A DNA stretch of 64,000 bases from Amphiscolops sp. MND2022 (lineage: Eukaryota), in the NCBI GenBank assembly GCA_964187785.1, contig OZ076409.1, positions 56,794,001 to 56,858,000 on the forward strand, in the 5' to 3' direction. The notes below the pieces were generated by a model. The model was not told the origin of the DNA. It did no database searches and saw nothing but the letters and a program-made list of their open reading frames with translations. Positions 12,736-24,960 of the stretch are shown here, piece by piece. The translations under genes were made by a program, and so were the position numbers. The first letter of the stretch is position 1. Each line of letters begins with the position of its first letter.

Positions 12736-13448
12736 GGTAACGGCAACTGCCCATGTCAAAAATTTCGATGCAAAAATTCGTTCAAATCTGACGTGGCATT
12801 CAAACATGCTCAAGGTGAAAGCCCTGCCAGAAAAGCATTCCAGAAAATCAGAAATCGCCGCCCGCGAAGAACGAACGCAAGAGACGACCGAAAAGACGTC
12901 TATTCCGTCTGTAGAACACGGTATTGTGCCCATCCCTGGGAGATTGACGCTACCATAGTAACAGAAACCAGTGTTCCGGAAGCGTGCCTGAATATCCCTG
13001 CGGTGTCCTGTGTGGTGACGAGCGCTAGCGCTGGAAGCCGAGGTCAATTTCCATTAAATGACTCGAACTGTTGATTTTATAGTGTTTTTCCTTGCAGTAG
13101 ATTGATATGCTCGAGAGCTGCCCTTTGACATCTATATTTACCTAATTTGACTATGTCGATTTTATCAGATTCTCCAATACTATGGCTCAACCTTCTCTTG
13201 TTTTCAGCCCCCTTTTTAAAGGCTAGTTGAGCAGTGGTCTTGAGTTAAGCAAGATGCCTGTTACTTTTAGCAGTTACAGACTGGGACCAGGCCAGAGAGT
13301 TTCTCACAAGACGGTTCCCCCACCTTGGGACTGGCTCCTTCGGAGGGAAAATGAGCTAGGGCCGCGGAGATCTAGGTCCCAGATTATATTCGCTGTTCTA
13401 GTTCCTCCATTCTAAGTTGCGGTTCAAGCGCCAGCGCTTATCGTTACA
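12736..13448 (+). repeat. solo LTR of family A
   Basis: Reverse-complement homologue of 7537-8265 (ORF 13227-13415 is near-identical to 7570-7758). Termini GGTAACG...CGTTACA, flanked by TTC on both sides. Confidence 0.88.
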
Positions 13449-13455
13449 TTCCGTA

Positions 13456-14442
13456 TCCGGTTTGACGCTCTCACTAGCATCTTGGCAGCCATGGCAAGAT
13501 CTTGGCAAATTCTTACTACATCTTGGCAACCATGGATTTCATGGTTACATTCTTACTAAGATCTTACTAAGAAATACCATTATCCCACGATCGTATCTTT
13601 TCACGATGGACAAACCTCTGAGATCATAAAAAACACTATACCTTCTGTACAAGCAGCCAAGACTCAATCTAGAGGCTAATCTCATCCAACGACGTTTATT
13701 TCATATTCAACTGCTTCAACCTGCTGAAACATATTTGCAGGTAAAATGTGCGAAAAAGTACGGAAACGTATTTTGGCTTCCGAAATTCTGACGAAAATCC
13801 TAATAACTCCTCACCTGTTCAACCTATTCAAGACTGAGAAATGCGACTGTACCAAATGAAAGCTCATTTCAAGGGCTTTTGAAAACTTGTAACTTATCAC
13901 TCCTGCCGGTTCTAGAGACGGACAAAAATGCTTCCAAGCGTCCAGAGCCACTATCGAAAAGTTACACAGGAAACACTTAGAAATCACGAAATTTTTGTAA
14001 CTTCGAATCACCAGCTTTACTGGAGCCTATGTCAGCAGCCTAATACTACTGTAAACGGGGTCGATGCCCGGTTTGTGTAATGATTGAGCTTGAGGCTTTT
14101 CTGACGCCGTTGATGGCGACGGTTTTGTAATTGATAGAACAATGTATGCAGTGCAAATAAACATCATAAGGACTCTTCAATCAAATTTTATACCATGCTA
14201 ACATAAAATTTGACATGTCTAACAATATAAATCTGCATAGATGTTCATTTTCGTTTTCTCTCAGACTTTTTCTGGCCAAATAAGACTTAACAATAAACTT
14301 GTTCCTGGTAACATGGCTCTCTTGGTAAGATTTTACCATGGCAAAATGAATACCATGGCAAGATCTTGACAAGATCTTAGCCAAGATTGTTCCAAGATGT
14401 TGCCAAGATCTTTCTAAAATATCTATGGAGGGTCTACTCGGG
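13456..14442. mobile_element. MITE-like non-autonomous DNA element with CAAGATCTTG/CCATGG-rich subterminal repeats
   Basis: Degenerate inverted ends (TCCGGTTTGACGCTC / GAGGGTCTACTCGGG) and CAAGATCTT motif clusters near both ends. Confidence 0.5.
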
Positions 14443-14911
14443 AAACCTAAATTTAAAAACTTTTAAGATGGCACCTTGTCGGAGCAAAAAAGCATAAACA
14501 GTTTCACAAATTAAACATCGTTGAAAACTCACTTGAATTTGCGACTAGGCACAGACAACTTTGAGCGCACACATTTGAAATACCTCAAAGCATAACATCT
14601 TCGAAAAACACTGCTGTTAAACGTTAAAGAACAATTCCACAATTATAAAAGACATTTGTGTACTCTTTCTGCAAGACTATTATTTTTTAATAGTTTTTGA
14701 AAGGCAACATAGACAAGAAGCGTCGTGGCACTGTGATATTTTTTACACTCTTACAAGACACGTTTAGAGAAATCAGACACCCTCAAGCTTTTGAATGAAA
14801 TATGTTGATAAAATAAAAAAATTGAATGAAAAAAGAATGGAAATGCTTCTCGAGATTTTAAACTAATTTTATGCATTGCACCAGATATATCTGTGTTTCT
14901 TTTTTTGTTTC

Positions 14912-14995
14912 TTTTTTTGTATCTCCTCGAAATGAATTATAACAAAACCATTATAATGGTTTTGTTATAATTCATTTCGAGGAGATACAAAAAAA
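14912..14995. repeat. perfect spacerless palindrome, 84 bp
   Basis: Arms mirror exactly about CCATTA|TAATGG (centre 14953/14954). Confidence 0.95.
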
Positions 14996-17208
14996 AGAAA
15001 CTGTTTACATTTGATTCTCCACCTTCTTTTTAGAATAAATTTTGAATATAATGTTAGAAACTTGGAAAAATAGCGGAATTTTCAGTATTATGTTTGTTGA
15101 GTAGAAAAAACTTTTGAAAGTTCAATTTGAAAAGTGTTTTAAAATCTCGGTCCAGACGCTTCAGGCTGGGGAAAATCATCAAGAGACGTCTTTTCATGGA
15201 AAAAATTTGGAAAAGTTGCAGAGTACCGAAATACTTCGAAGGCAGGCTCTCAAGTTACAAAAACTCATAACAATTACGGGAATTAGGAAAAAACCAACTG
15301 GGGAATTTCTAGTGAGATAAATCAAAATCGAAAAATGTGAACCTTTGGTTTTGTCTGACCTTTTGGACATCAAAAAAGTTACCTCTTCGCGGAATTTCAA
15401 CCTGCTTCCTGCTTCATGCCTTCTGAGCCTAACCATTAGGCCAATTGTCGGGTGTTGGCCGCTGACTAATGTCAACAGGTCCGGTTGTCTCACGTTGTTG
15501 CGAAAATTTTTCAAAATATAAATTGAAAAAAATTCTTTACAGCAAAATTATCACAAATAGGAGCTTGTAATTTAAGTCATTTTATTTTAGTCCACTTGGG
15601 CGGACCATCTTGGCTCGCGTTTGGCATTTCATCAATGACTATGTCGTGTCAAGGACAATACTTTCGAGTTAATAGGAAATCATTCATGATTTCTTATTAC
15701 TTTCGAATCATTGGTGATCGTCCATGGTGAGTTGAATTACATTCGAATCATGCCTAATAATCCATGATCAAGGCTTTTAAAATGAAAACTCATGATTCAG
15801 TCATGAAAGCACATGTTTTGTTGAATAATGGAACTTTTCACCGAGTATGCATTTCAGCACAAACCAATCAGGGGCGTTCGAATGGAGTGAACTATGTGAT
15901 GATGAAAAAAATACGCAGAAATGACAGGTTTTGTGGTCTGGCTATACCGGAAAGATCAAAATTGGTACCACTTGCTGTCTTCGGGTTATGATTATATGAA
16001 AACACGGATAGTCTTTAACACGGATTGTCCTTCAAAACACGCATTGTTTTATACAGATGTACATGGATTCATGAAAACAGAACTAATTTGTCATGACTTA
16101 TTTATAGCCTCAAGGCACGCTTTCTGTATGGGCGGTACAAGTTTCATAACGTTGTGGATGCAACTTGATTTCAGCACACATTTTTAATGGAAGTTGAAAA
16201 GTTTCCTTGTTTTTGATTAACGGACTCTCAACATTATTGACTTGGCATTCATTCCGTCGTTTGTTGTTCATGTTTGTTGTTCTCTTCCGGCGGCGCTTGT
16301 TATTACAGGTGACGAAAAACAGCGCCAGGCCTTTTTATGTACCGATGTTCACCAGATGAGTGACAGCTATCATTGTTTCTTCGCAAAACGACCATCCATA
16401 TTTTGTTCCTTCATTATGTGTTTTTTTTTAAAAAAACGTTGCTCATTATTTTTTCGAACAAAACGCTTCCTGATTAGGAGCATTCAATGCAAACTAATTG
16501 AAATGGAATGAAAACTGTTTTGATACAAAAAGATTGTTTGAAGATCGTATCTTAGATTTGCTGAAACTCCAAGATTTTAAGATTTTTTGCCGGAGTTCTA
16601 TCTCCTAAAATACTACAACATCGATCTACATTTAGAGTCAAAGCTCGCTTGACTTGCATAGTTTTTGCCTTTATAACAGAAAATTTCAACCTGAAAGACA
16701 TTTGAGTGACAGAAATGTTTGAAAAAATTGAAATGTTGAGAACAAAAACGGCGCCAGCTCAGTCAATGGCGGAATTGAATTAGCGGAAATCGATTCGCTA
16801 ACAATGGATTCTTCTAAGGTGTTGTATTGAAACGCAAAATTGTTCATTTTCAAAATTGCCTCAAATGTTTTTTCAAAAATTCTATTTTTGGATAACACTT
16901 CACTTCGAATAATGACGACAATGTTGGAGACTAAATTTGGAATGTTGTGTGCCTTATTTGTCTTTTCAGAGTTTAGTTTTTCCGAGCAAACTTTAATTGC
17001 AAATAATTTGAAAACTTCAACCAATCCCTATCTGTTCATTGATTTTTTTAAAAAAAAAACGCATGACATTTTGTTTTGCTTGGTAAGGAGTTCATTTCGA
17101 TATCTTTGGTACTGGCGGTAATTAGAATCTTCTTGGCTTAAGTGACGGATAATCCAATGTTTAAAAACATGGAATGTTTGTAACGATCCTGTTTCAAACC
17201 TTCCTCAG

Positions 17209-17654
17209 TTTTTAGTCGGCGCTTCATGAAGTGAAACGCGACTATTATAGTGACTCCACATTTTTTCAATCCACACGAACTGACCAAAATAGTTCTTGAA
17301 AGTTCTACGAAATTTTATGGTCCCAAATTGGATCATTTATCCGATCTGAACCAAAAAGGGGTTTTTCCTCTTTTTCCGCGTAACATACAATACCGGTAGA
17401 GACTAAAGGGTCCGTCTCACTTTTTTCGGTATTGTTAGACTTTTTTCACCAAAGGGTCCCCTCTTCAATTTTTTGATGTTTTGCAACAATGGATGTTAAA
17501 AAATGCGAAAGGGTCCCTTTTAAGCGCGCCAATTCGGTCCAACGTTTTTTGGGTTTTTTGGGTACTGTGAAAGAGAATACTTTGACACTTTGAAGTCATT
17601 TTGCTATTTTTGAGCCTCAGATATGGCGCCGACTTGGGTCGGTCCCGGCTTGTT
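17209..17654 (+). mobile_element. Helentron/DINE-1-like non-autonomous repeat
   Basis: 5' TTTTTAGTCGGCGC; 3' GGCGCCGACTTGGGTCGGTCCCGGCTTGTT (subterminal inverted repeat, small hairpin, TT end). Confidence 0.65.
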
Positions 17655-17880
17655 CAAATAACACTGGTCATTGTTGCCAAGGTTTTTCATTGTCACCTAT
17701 GAAAATAAATTTGGCCAATATTGCAATAGTCTGAACAAATAATAGAGTCAAAAGTCTGAACATTAGTTACTTGACAATATGTGTTAGAATTCCTAAAACA
17801 CAGAAACAACAATCGTCACTGGGTATTCGGCTGTTTGAGCATGTAAAGCTTTTATCAATTTGGTCTTCATCAACATGGAA

Positions 17881-18660
17881 TTTTTGAGTCGGCGCATTTT
17901 GTGAAACAAAAAATGCCCGACTTTTACAATGGCATTTTTTCTCTAGACCACAGACCTCACACTGAAAGGTCCGTTTTTTACAGAACTTCTATAAGCATTC
18001 CTATCTTATTAGAAAGCATACTCGAAAGCATACCTTTGAGTACCATAGTTTTCGAAGCTTTTTTCGTTATTAGACAATACAAAAGATTTAGTTTAACTAT
18101 TTTTCGGCATTATGAGACTTTTTTCCCGAATTGTTTTATGCCGCAAATGGTCCCATCTTTGGTTATTTTGATTTTTTGCACCCATTTGGATAATAAAAAA
18201 GCCTAAAGTGTCGCCTCTTTCGCGTTTTTTGGCACGCCGCTCAATCAGTGAGACTTTTTTTGATTTTTTTAATCCTTTGGAGCTGATAACTTCCTTCAAT
18301 GATCGTGGAAAAGATATTTTTTCGACACTGTGCTACTTTTTTCAATACAATTTTCACTTGGTGAAAGGGTACCCCTTCACTTTGATAAATGCGTTAGGTC
18401 TGAAAAAAGCGTTTGACGAGCGTAAAGCTTCTTTTTCGGTACTATGAGACTTTTGCCCAAAGAAAAAAATTTAAAAAATTCTGTTTTTTGATGTTTCAAG
18501 TACGGGAAAAGCGGTGTTCGTGTCTTATGCGTATCCCTTCTGGTATTTTCGGCATTGTAAATTTGATATTTTTTTGACAACAGTGTCCCTTGCATATTCA
18601 AGAAACTTTACTCTTTTGAACCTTGAGCGGGGCGCCGACTTGGGCCGTTCCCGGCTTGTT
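17881..18660 (+). mobile_element. Helentron/DINE-1-like non-autonomous repeat
   Basis: 5' TTTTTGAGTCGGCGC; 3' GGCGCCGACTTGGGCCGTTCCCGGCTTGTT. Confidence 0.65.
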
Positions 18661-18999
18661 AAAAATATATCGTTTTGACAATCACAGTATTCCTGCGTTC
18701 ATTTCCCGTAGGGAGGAAACAGTCAAATGTTTAATCATGCTCGTTTGTGGACATGATTAAAGACTTTTTATCGAAAGGGGGCAAATTCCAGACTTGGGCT
18801 GATTTCTGAGAAATCATGCAAATATCACCATGAATTTGCTTCACCACACACGGGGATGATGTAAAGGATACAAGAACCCTTGCTGTTTCATGTGAAATCA
18901 GATCATAAAGATCCGTGAATCATACATGCACTTGGATTATTCTGCATGAATTGTCAATTTGGGTGTGTATAAATGATGTATGTTTGTGATTTTTCACAG

Positions 19000-19104
19000 A
19001 TGAAGTCTTGCATTTGCATAGATTTCCTGTTGCTGTAAATGAAGTATTGGCTTTGCACACAGACTGGTCTCCAAATTCATATGAAGAACAGTTCAAAATG
19101 GAAG
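19000..19104 (+). CDS. PACC1: PACC1-like gene, internal exon (phase 1 to 1)
   Basis: Acceptor ttttcacag|, donor GAAG|gtaagg; peptide DEVLHLHRFPVAVNEVLALHTDWSPNSYEEQFKME; phase fits the next exon. Confidence 0.6.
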
Positions 19105-20036
19105 GTAAGGCACTTTCGCAGGAAACAAACAAGAGCTTGGCTTGGCTGGAACCACGTGACAGACGTAGGGTGTCAAATGTATATGGAATTGAAGATATGT
19201 CTACTGTCACTTATTTTGTAACGACAAATTCTCATATTTGTTGCTTTGCATATATCACTCCCATCCCCTGTCAACCTTTTGTAACCTTGACATTGACATC
19301 ACCTAACTATAGGCTAATTTCCCGCCATTAGATTTCAACTTTAGCTCGCTTGATAGCCGCCCATGAAAACAACCCGCTGAAACGTGAAGCATGTTTTACA
19401 CATTATGAGTTTATAGCAGTAACATAATTCATTTAATAGCTTCTTTGTCTTTTTTCGATGTCCACCGATCGATTAGCGTAACATCTATACACCTTGCAAG
19501 CCTGCCAGTCCCCTGGGTTTGAGTAATCTTGAAAAACAAGCAATTTTTCAACACTTGTCAATCAAGTCGCCTCAGAAATTCGAATTACCAAAAATTGATT
19601 TGAGGCACCACCGCCGCCGCCACTAACTAGAACTTGTAACATGAATCTGCCCTAACTAAAAGAGGTTTTTTGCGGTACATTCGAGCTGCGATCAGGAGTT
19701 GCTTTTATCTGTCCTCGCTAAGCAGGAATTAAAGCAGAAAATTCTAGATCTGGTCAGCGTGATCTCTTTTAACTCGGCGTGAAACAAAATTAGGTTATAA
19801 GATGAGGTGTTTGAACAAAACGTGCCCAAGATTCCAACTGTCGCGAGATTATCTGTGTGCACGCCAAGTTCAAAGACTCCTCAAAAGCGCTGCCTCGTTG
19901 CTTATCTACTCTAGAATCAAACAAAGTCCCAATTGCATTGTTTCTTTACGCCCTTATGAATTCACACATCTCTCACCCTTCATTAGGTACAAAATTTCCA
20001 GGTGCAAAATTCACCAAAGATCCATAATTCCTTTCC

Positions 20037-20236
20037 NNNNNNNNNNNNNNNNNNNNNNNNNNNNNNNNNNNNNNNNNNNNNNNNNNNNNNNNNNNNNNNN
20101 NNNNNNNNNNNNNNNNNNNNNNNNNNNNNNNNNNNNNNNNNNNNNNNNNNNNNNNNNNNNNNNNNNNNNNNNNNNNNNNNNNNNNNNNNNNNNNNNNNNN
20201 NNNNNNNNNNNNNNNNNNNNNNNNNNNNNNNNNNNN
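20037..20236. other. assembly gap (200 N)
   Basis: N run of fixed length, probably a scaffolding join of unknown true size. Confidence 0.99.
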
Positions 20237-21286
20237 ATTCATATTTCTAACCCCATTTTCAAACATCCATGTCCCTTGTTTTCAGCGCACTCAATACGTC
20301 GCGAAGTACCACTTTTAACCTTGTTGCCCTGTCGTTTGGGCCACTGAAGGCCATTTTTACAGAACGACCCCGAAGGAGGGAGGCCTATGTAAAAACGAGT
20401 TTTCGTGTCAAAATCATGAGTTTCCGATAAATTATATTGATAATTTTTGCTAAATGCTCTTGAGTTATTAGGCACTGAATTGCTTAGGCATTGAAAAGGC
20501 AACAGAGACTCCGAGGTACTTTCGAAGTACTGAACAAAGTATCAAAGCTAAAAATGATTTTCGGCATTTCTGAGTGGACTTGGTGAAAGTTTATCGTAAG
20601 GTCCAAAGAAGAGTTATTAGAACAGTTTTGTTTGAGACTCTGTTTTGGTATTGTGGTGAATCTCCCCCGTGGTACGGTTCACGATCACTTGAGTCTTCTT
20701 CACAAGCTCTGTTTATATTACAACATTACGGAGGTGCGCCGTCCAAGTCCCTTCCAAGTTCACAGGACATATCCCTACCATAAGCTCCACTAAACGTACC
20801 ACAGGTTGCAGGTACAGTTATTGTTTATCTGATGATTGACTCTCATAGTTGTTGCCGTTCATAGTTTTTGTTTTGGATTTCCACATTTACAGTGCTTATT
20901 AGTCAATCAACTTTATTTCCTTTATTTGTTTTATCCTTTTTGTTTCACCCAAACTTTCATCTCTCCGATACCCCTAATTTGTTCCTATACTGTTCTGACT
21001 AGACTGATGTTCTTTTGTAGAAAAAATCTGTTTCGCACGCATGTCTACTCTCACGCTCAACTAGAAAGGCACTTCAACTCCCAAATATCAGTAAAACAAG
21101 TCACTTTGAAAATGGTAATGCAATTACCGGACAACTCTGTAAACGTTTTAAGTGTGTGAAGCGTGTCCCCTTTAAACTAAGTTTAACCAGAGAATGAATG
21201 TCTTTCGCAGCTTATGGCCTTGCATGCAGCCAATCCGTTAGTTGACCTACAATTACTGTATAAAATCCAATCCTTGAATTTACGAA

Positions 21287-22451
21287 CCCTGGTTGAAACT
21301 TCTTGAACTTTTTACAAGTTTTTGTAGGTTACCATATTAGTTTTTCATGATTTTACAAAATTCTCTAGGAGACTTCCATGCATTAAAATTTCATTGGTTC
21401 AATGTAATTTCATCAAGCTGCCTATGAAATGCATCCTAAATTTGGCGGCAATTCCGAGACACGAAGTTTTGCGGTTTTCATTAGAATTCCATTCTAATTT
21501 TGAAAGCAGCTGTGACCTCAATAATTTTACCGCGATTTCAATGCAAATAAACTTCAGTCACATTATAAGATTCAAAGTAGCATCATATTCAGCGTGCTAT
21601 TTGATTAGCGGTGATTACGAGGTACAGTGATGTGATAAAGAAATGGAACATAAGGCTGTGAAAAAGAAATGGGACTGTCCAATTTTCCTTTATGGTTGCC
21701 TAAATAATATCGAGGGTTTTTTACACCAACATTTTGGCCTCTCATTTGCTTCCTCATATGTATCTGGATGAAATTTTGCAGCAAGACAATGCTCCAGCTC
21801 ATAAATCGGCAGACACGTTCACATGGTTTCTCGAAAACGGTGTTGACGTTCTTGAAATCTGATTTCTTGAAAACTGTTGAAGTTCAGATTTCGATAATAT
21901 CGAAAATTTGTGGTCTATTCTAAACGGCAGAAGAGACACCATTTTTGTGAAGAGACTTATTTTGTAGAGACACCACAAAAATATGGAGGACTTGGAAACT
22001 TTTGCTCTTGAAGAATTTTACTCAATTCTTGACGAATATGTGCAAAAACTTTTCAAGTCGGTTGATTGTTACTAAAGTTAACCATGGAGGTTTCATCGAA
22101 TAATCGAAGCTTCAGTGTTTTACCTAGTTTGATAATATTGTTTCAATATTTTCATGAGGTTATTCAATTGAATGTTTTTAATTCAGTCCCATTTCTTTTT
22201 TACAGCCATTTGTTCCATTTCTTTATCACAGTACTGTACTTACTTGAGAAACTTACTCGTGAAAACAAAGTTATCGCAGTGGTCAAGAAGTGGAATTGTT
22301 TTCTGTTTTATTTTAAATAGAAGAAGTTGCATTGCAATCCTTCAAAATTTCTCCGTGCGTGCTGTCAGTTCAGTATTTTCTATACTTTTCAAAACTTTAG
22401 AATGCATGCATGGATGCAACATGGAAACCGTTCCGGCAGGTTCGACTAGGG
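21287..22451 (+). mobile_element. decayed Tc1/mariner-type DNA transposon
   Basis: Transposase remnants QQDNAPAHKSADTFTWF (~21780) and DNIENLWSIL (~21895-21925). Ends CCCTGGTTGAAAC...GTTCGACTAGGG are degenerate TIRs. Confidence 0.7.
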
Positions 22452-22499
22452 AAGCGAACTTTTCAATAAACAAAACCTTCATTTTCCAAAGACTGTTGA

Positions 22500-23110
22500 C
22501 TTTGACTAATTACATAAACAATGTTCTTGTTTGCAAGTAAAACCACTCGAACTTGCTACGTTAAAGCCTCCGCTTGTGTCACTCGCTGTTGACCAGCATT
22601 TCACAGGAGATTTGATTGGAAAACTTCCGATTCATGTGGTTTTACGGTTTTACCCACGAACTTATTGCAAAAAGTGCCTTTTCTCAGTATCTTTTTGCCA
22701 TTTCAATTCAAAATACCAGTGCCACAAAACGTAGTCAAAGAACTGTGTCATCTTTTGATGCGAATTTCATATATTCCGAAAGTCATTTTATTTGACATGT
22801 GCACTGCCTCTACTACCAAAGTGATGACGGAACTGCCTACACTTCTCGAAATCACTTTACTCTTCAAACTATTCGCCACGGTTTATAATTTTCAAACATT
22901 TGACTCTGTTGAGCTCACTCATACTGCTCTGAGGCTGTTTTTTTGGCATTTGCGAAATAATTAAGAAAATTTGCACACCTATGTGGATTTAGCTGTTTTT
23001 GTAAATAACACTTCCTATCATGCTTACATAGGTTGTACCCCTACATATTTATTTCATGGTCGAGAACCAATCAAGCAGTTAGATTCAGCCTTTAACACAA
23101 AAGTCTTTCA
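22500..23110 (+). pseudogene. Gypsy integrase core remnant
   Basis: Frameshifted pieces CLQVKP...LKPPL...DLIGKLP and YVDLAVFVNNTSYHAYIGCTPTYLFHGREP. Confidence 0.7.
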
Positions 23111-24893
23111 AAATCGTGATTTCCCACTTCTGTCACCATGTCAAAGGACAGACGCAGGCAGAGCAGCATGGCTAACAAATTCGTTTTGGAATCTCCAGAA
23201 ACGTTTGGGCTGCTTCTAAGTAGAATTCTCAGTGAAGAAAGAAACAGCTGAAGGTAAATTATGGTGTTACAGTCGAGAAATTATAAGTTGTACAATTGAA
23301 GAGAGCGAAAAGATTATAAGAGTAAAAGTCTTACAGAGCTATTATCTCTAGTGACAGAGGTTCGTTATCTAGAAATAAAGGTGTTTTCAGTGCAGTAATT
23401 TGCAATCGTTCCACAAGGGGGTCTCTCGGTTGAATCCTTCGCTGTACAGAGGCCCACATCATCATCATCATCAGCGTGTTGCTTTGTGATTGGATGTGCT
23501 CTTCCATTGGTCCAAGTCTGTTGGGCTGCCTAGAACTTAGAAATTGGTATGTGTACATGATAAAAGTCATGACAATGCTCGAATGTTACAGAGACATGTT
23601 TTTTGACAGACTACATACCTCATACTGAAGGGTCCACTTTTGTACAGACTTTACGCCTGAGTTCTAAAGGGTACACATGTAGACTGAAGGCTACTACTCC
23701 TTATGAGATTTTTAAAGTATTTATCATTTTCTCGAAACTACTTGAGACCAAAGAGTCCCTCATGTTTTTGGCGATGTGCGACTCTTATTCGAAAAAAAAT
23801 TCAAGAAACAAAGTCCCCAATCTTTTTTTGATGTTTCGGTTGGGGAAAACCTTTGGTTATTTTCGGTAGTTTTACAGTTGAGACATTTTTTCTTTGAAAT
23901 GTCTTGAGCCTGTTTTAAAATTTTGCAATGTTTGAGCCTGTAGCGGGACTTTCTCGTCCATTTCAACATCAAGTCTTTTGAATCGGTGCGTTGTGTTCTC
24001 AATTTACTTTTCATGTGAGTTCAAGGTCGATTCATTCATTAACACAGCCATTTCTCTACCAAATAAGAGTATGAACAAAACGTCCCCTAGTCGACGGATG
24101 ATAAAGTTGTTTTGTTATCAGTAAAAATTTATTTACATTCTGATGGGACCGTTGTTCGACCACTCTATTGCAAATATGTCACGTTACCATAGCTTACGAT
24201 CCAAAAAAAGCATCAACAGAACTGCTTACTCTTTTTTGATGCTGCTTTATTTAAAAAGCTTACACTTTATGCACCAGATAAATTAATTTAACCGTTTAAC
24301 AGCCTTATTTCGCTGCTTCATTTTTAGGAGAGTGTTTTTCCTGCTTCCTTTCCTGAGAGTATTTTCACTTGTTTTTGCTGATAGGAAACGATAGGCCGGC
24401 CTGCTAATGGATGCAGTTTTGAGGTTTTCTCATCATACACAAAACGCAACTTTTTTTTCACAAATGCTAGCGGAAGCCTAAACACTGCAACCGGAATCGC
24501 CTCGACTTCACTCGATTCGAATTATAACCAAAAAATATTATCAGCAAAATGTTTTACATTTGTTCACTGAAAATTTTGATTAAACTACTCGTTGCAGAAA
24601 GAATTGAAAAGAATCCTTGAAAGAAACGAAAAACCAAACACTGAGCTCTAAATTTGTTGTAAGCAAGTGCTGCATTTGCCTTTAAGGTTTTAAAAAAATC
24701 TGTGATTTTTTCTGTGATTTTTTGCTCGTTGAAATACTTGCGTTAAGCAAAATTTTTGGTACTTCCCTAAAAATATCGCGAATATCATGCGTCAAAAATC
24801 TCGCTTAACGCAAATAATTTTCTTTCCCATCCGTTTGTGTAAAAAGGTTACTTTTTTCACTAGAAGGAGTTCCGTTTTTTCTTTCCATTCCAG

Positions 24894-24960
24894 ATGAAAC
24901 TGATTTCGTTTTTTCCAGAGTCAACGGAATTAGCCTTGAAGACGCTGCGTATTACGATTG
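24894..24960 (+). CDS. PACC1: PACC1-like gene, internal exon (phase 1 to 2)
   Basis: Strong acceptor tttttctttccattccag|; peptide DETDFVFSRVNGISLEDAAYYDW; 67 nt bridges the phases of both neighbours exactly; the donor TG|gttgct is weak. Confidence 0.55.

Noticed and set aside
19000..19217. Resemblance to calsequestrin/thioredoxin-like domains (EVLAL...QFKME; YGIEDMSTVTYF)
   Set aside because: Only short motif coincidences; the exon phase-links to exons with a much stronger PACC1 match.
19802..20347. ORFs spanning N runs (also 58965-59481)
   Set aside because: Artefacts of assembly gaps.
23450..23548. + strand hydrophobic exon EAHIIIIISVLLCDW...RNW as a PAC exon
   Set aside because: Phase-compatible but no PAC similarity, and its hydrophobicity comes from a (CAT)n microsatellite.
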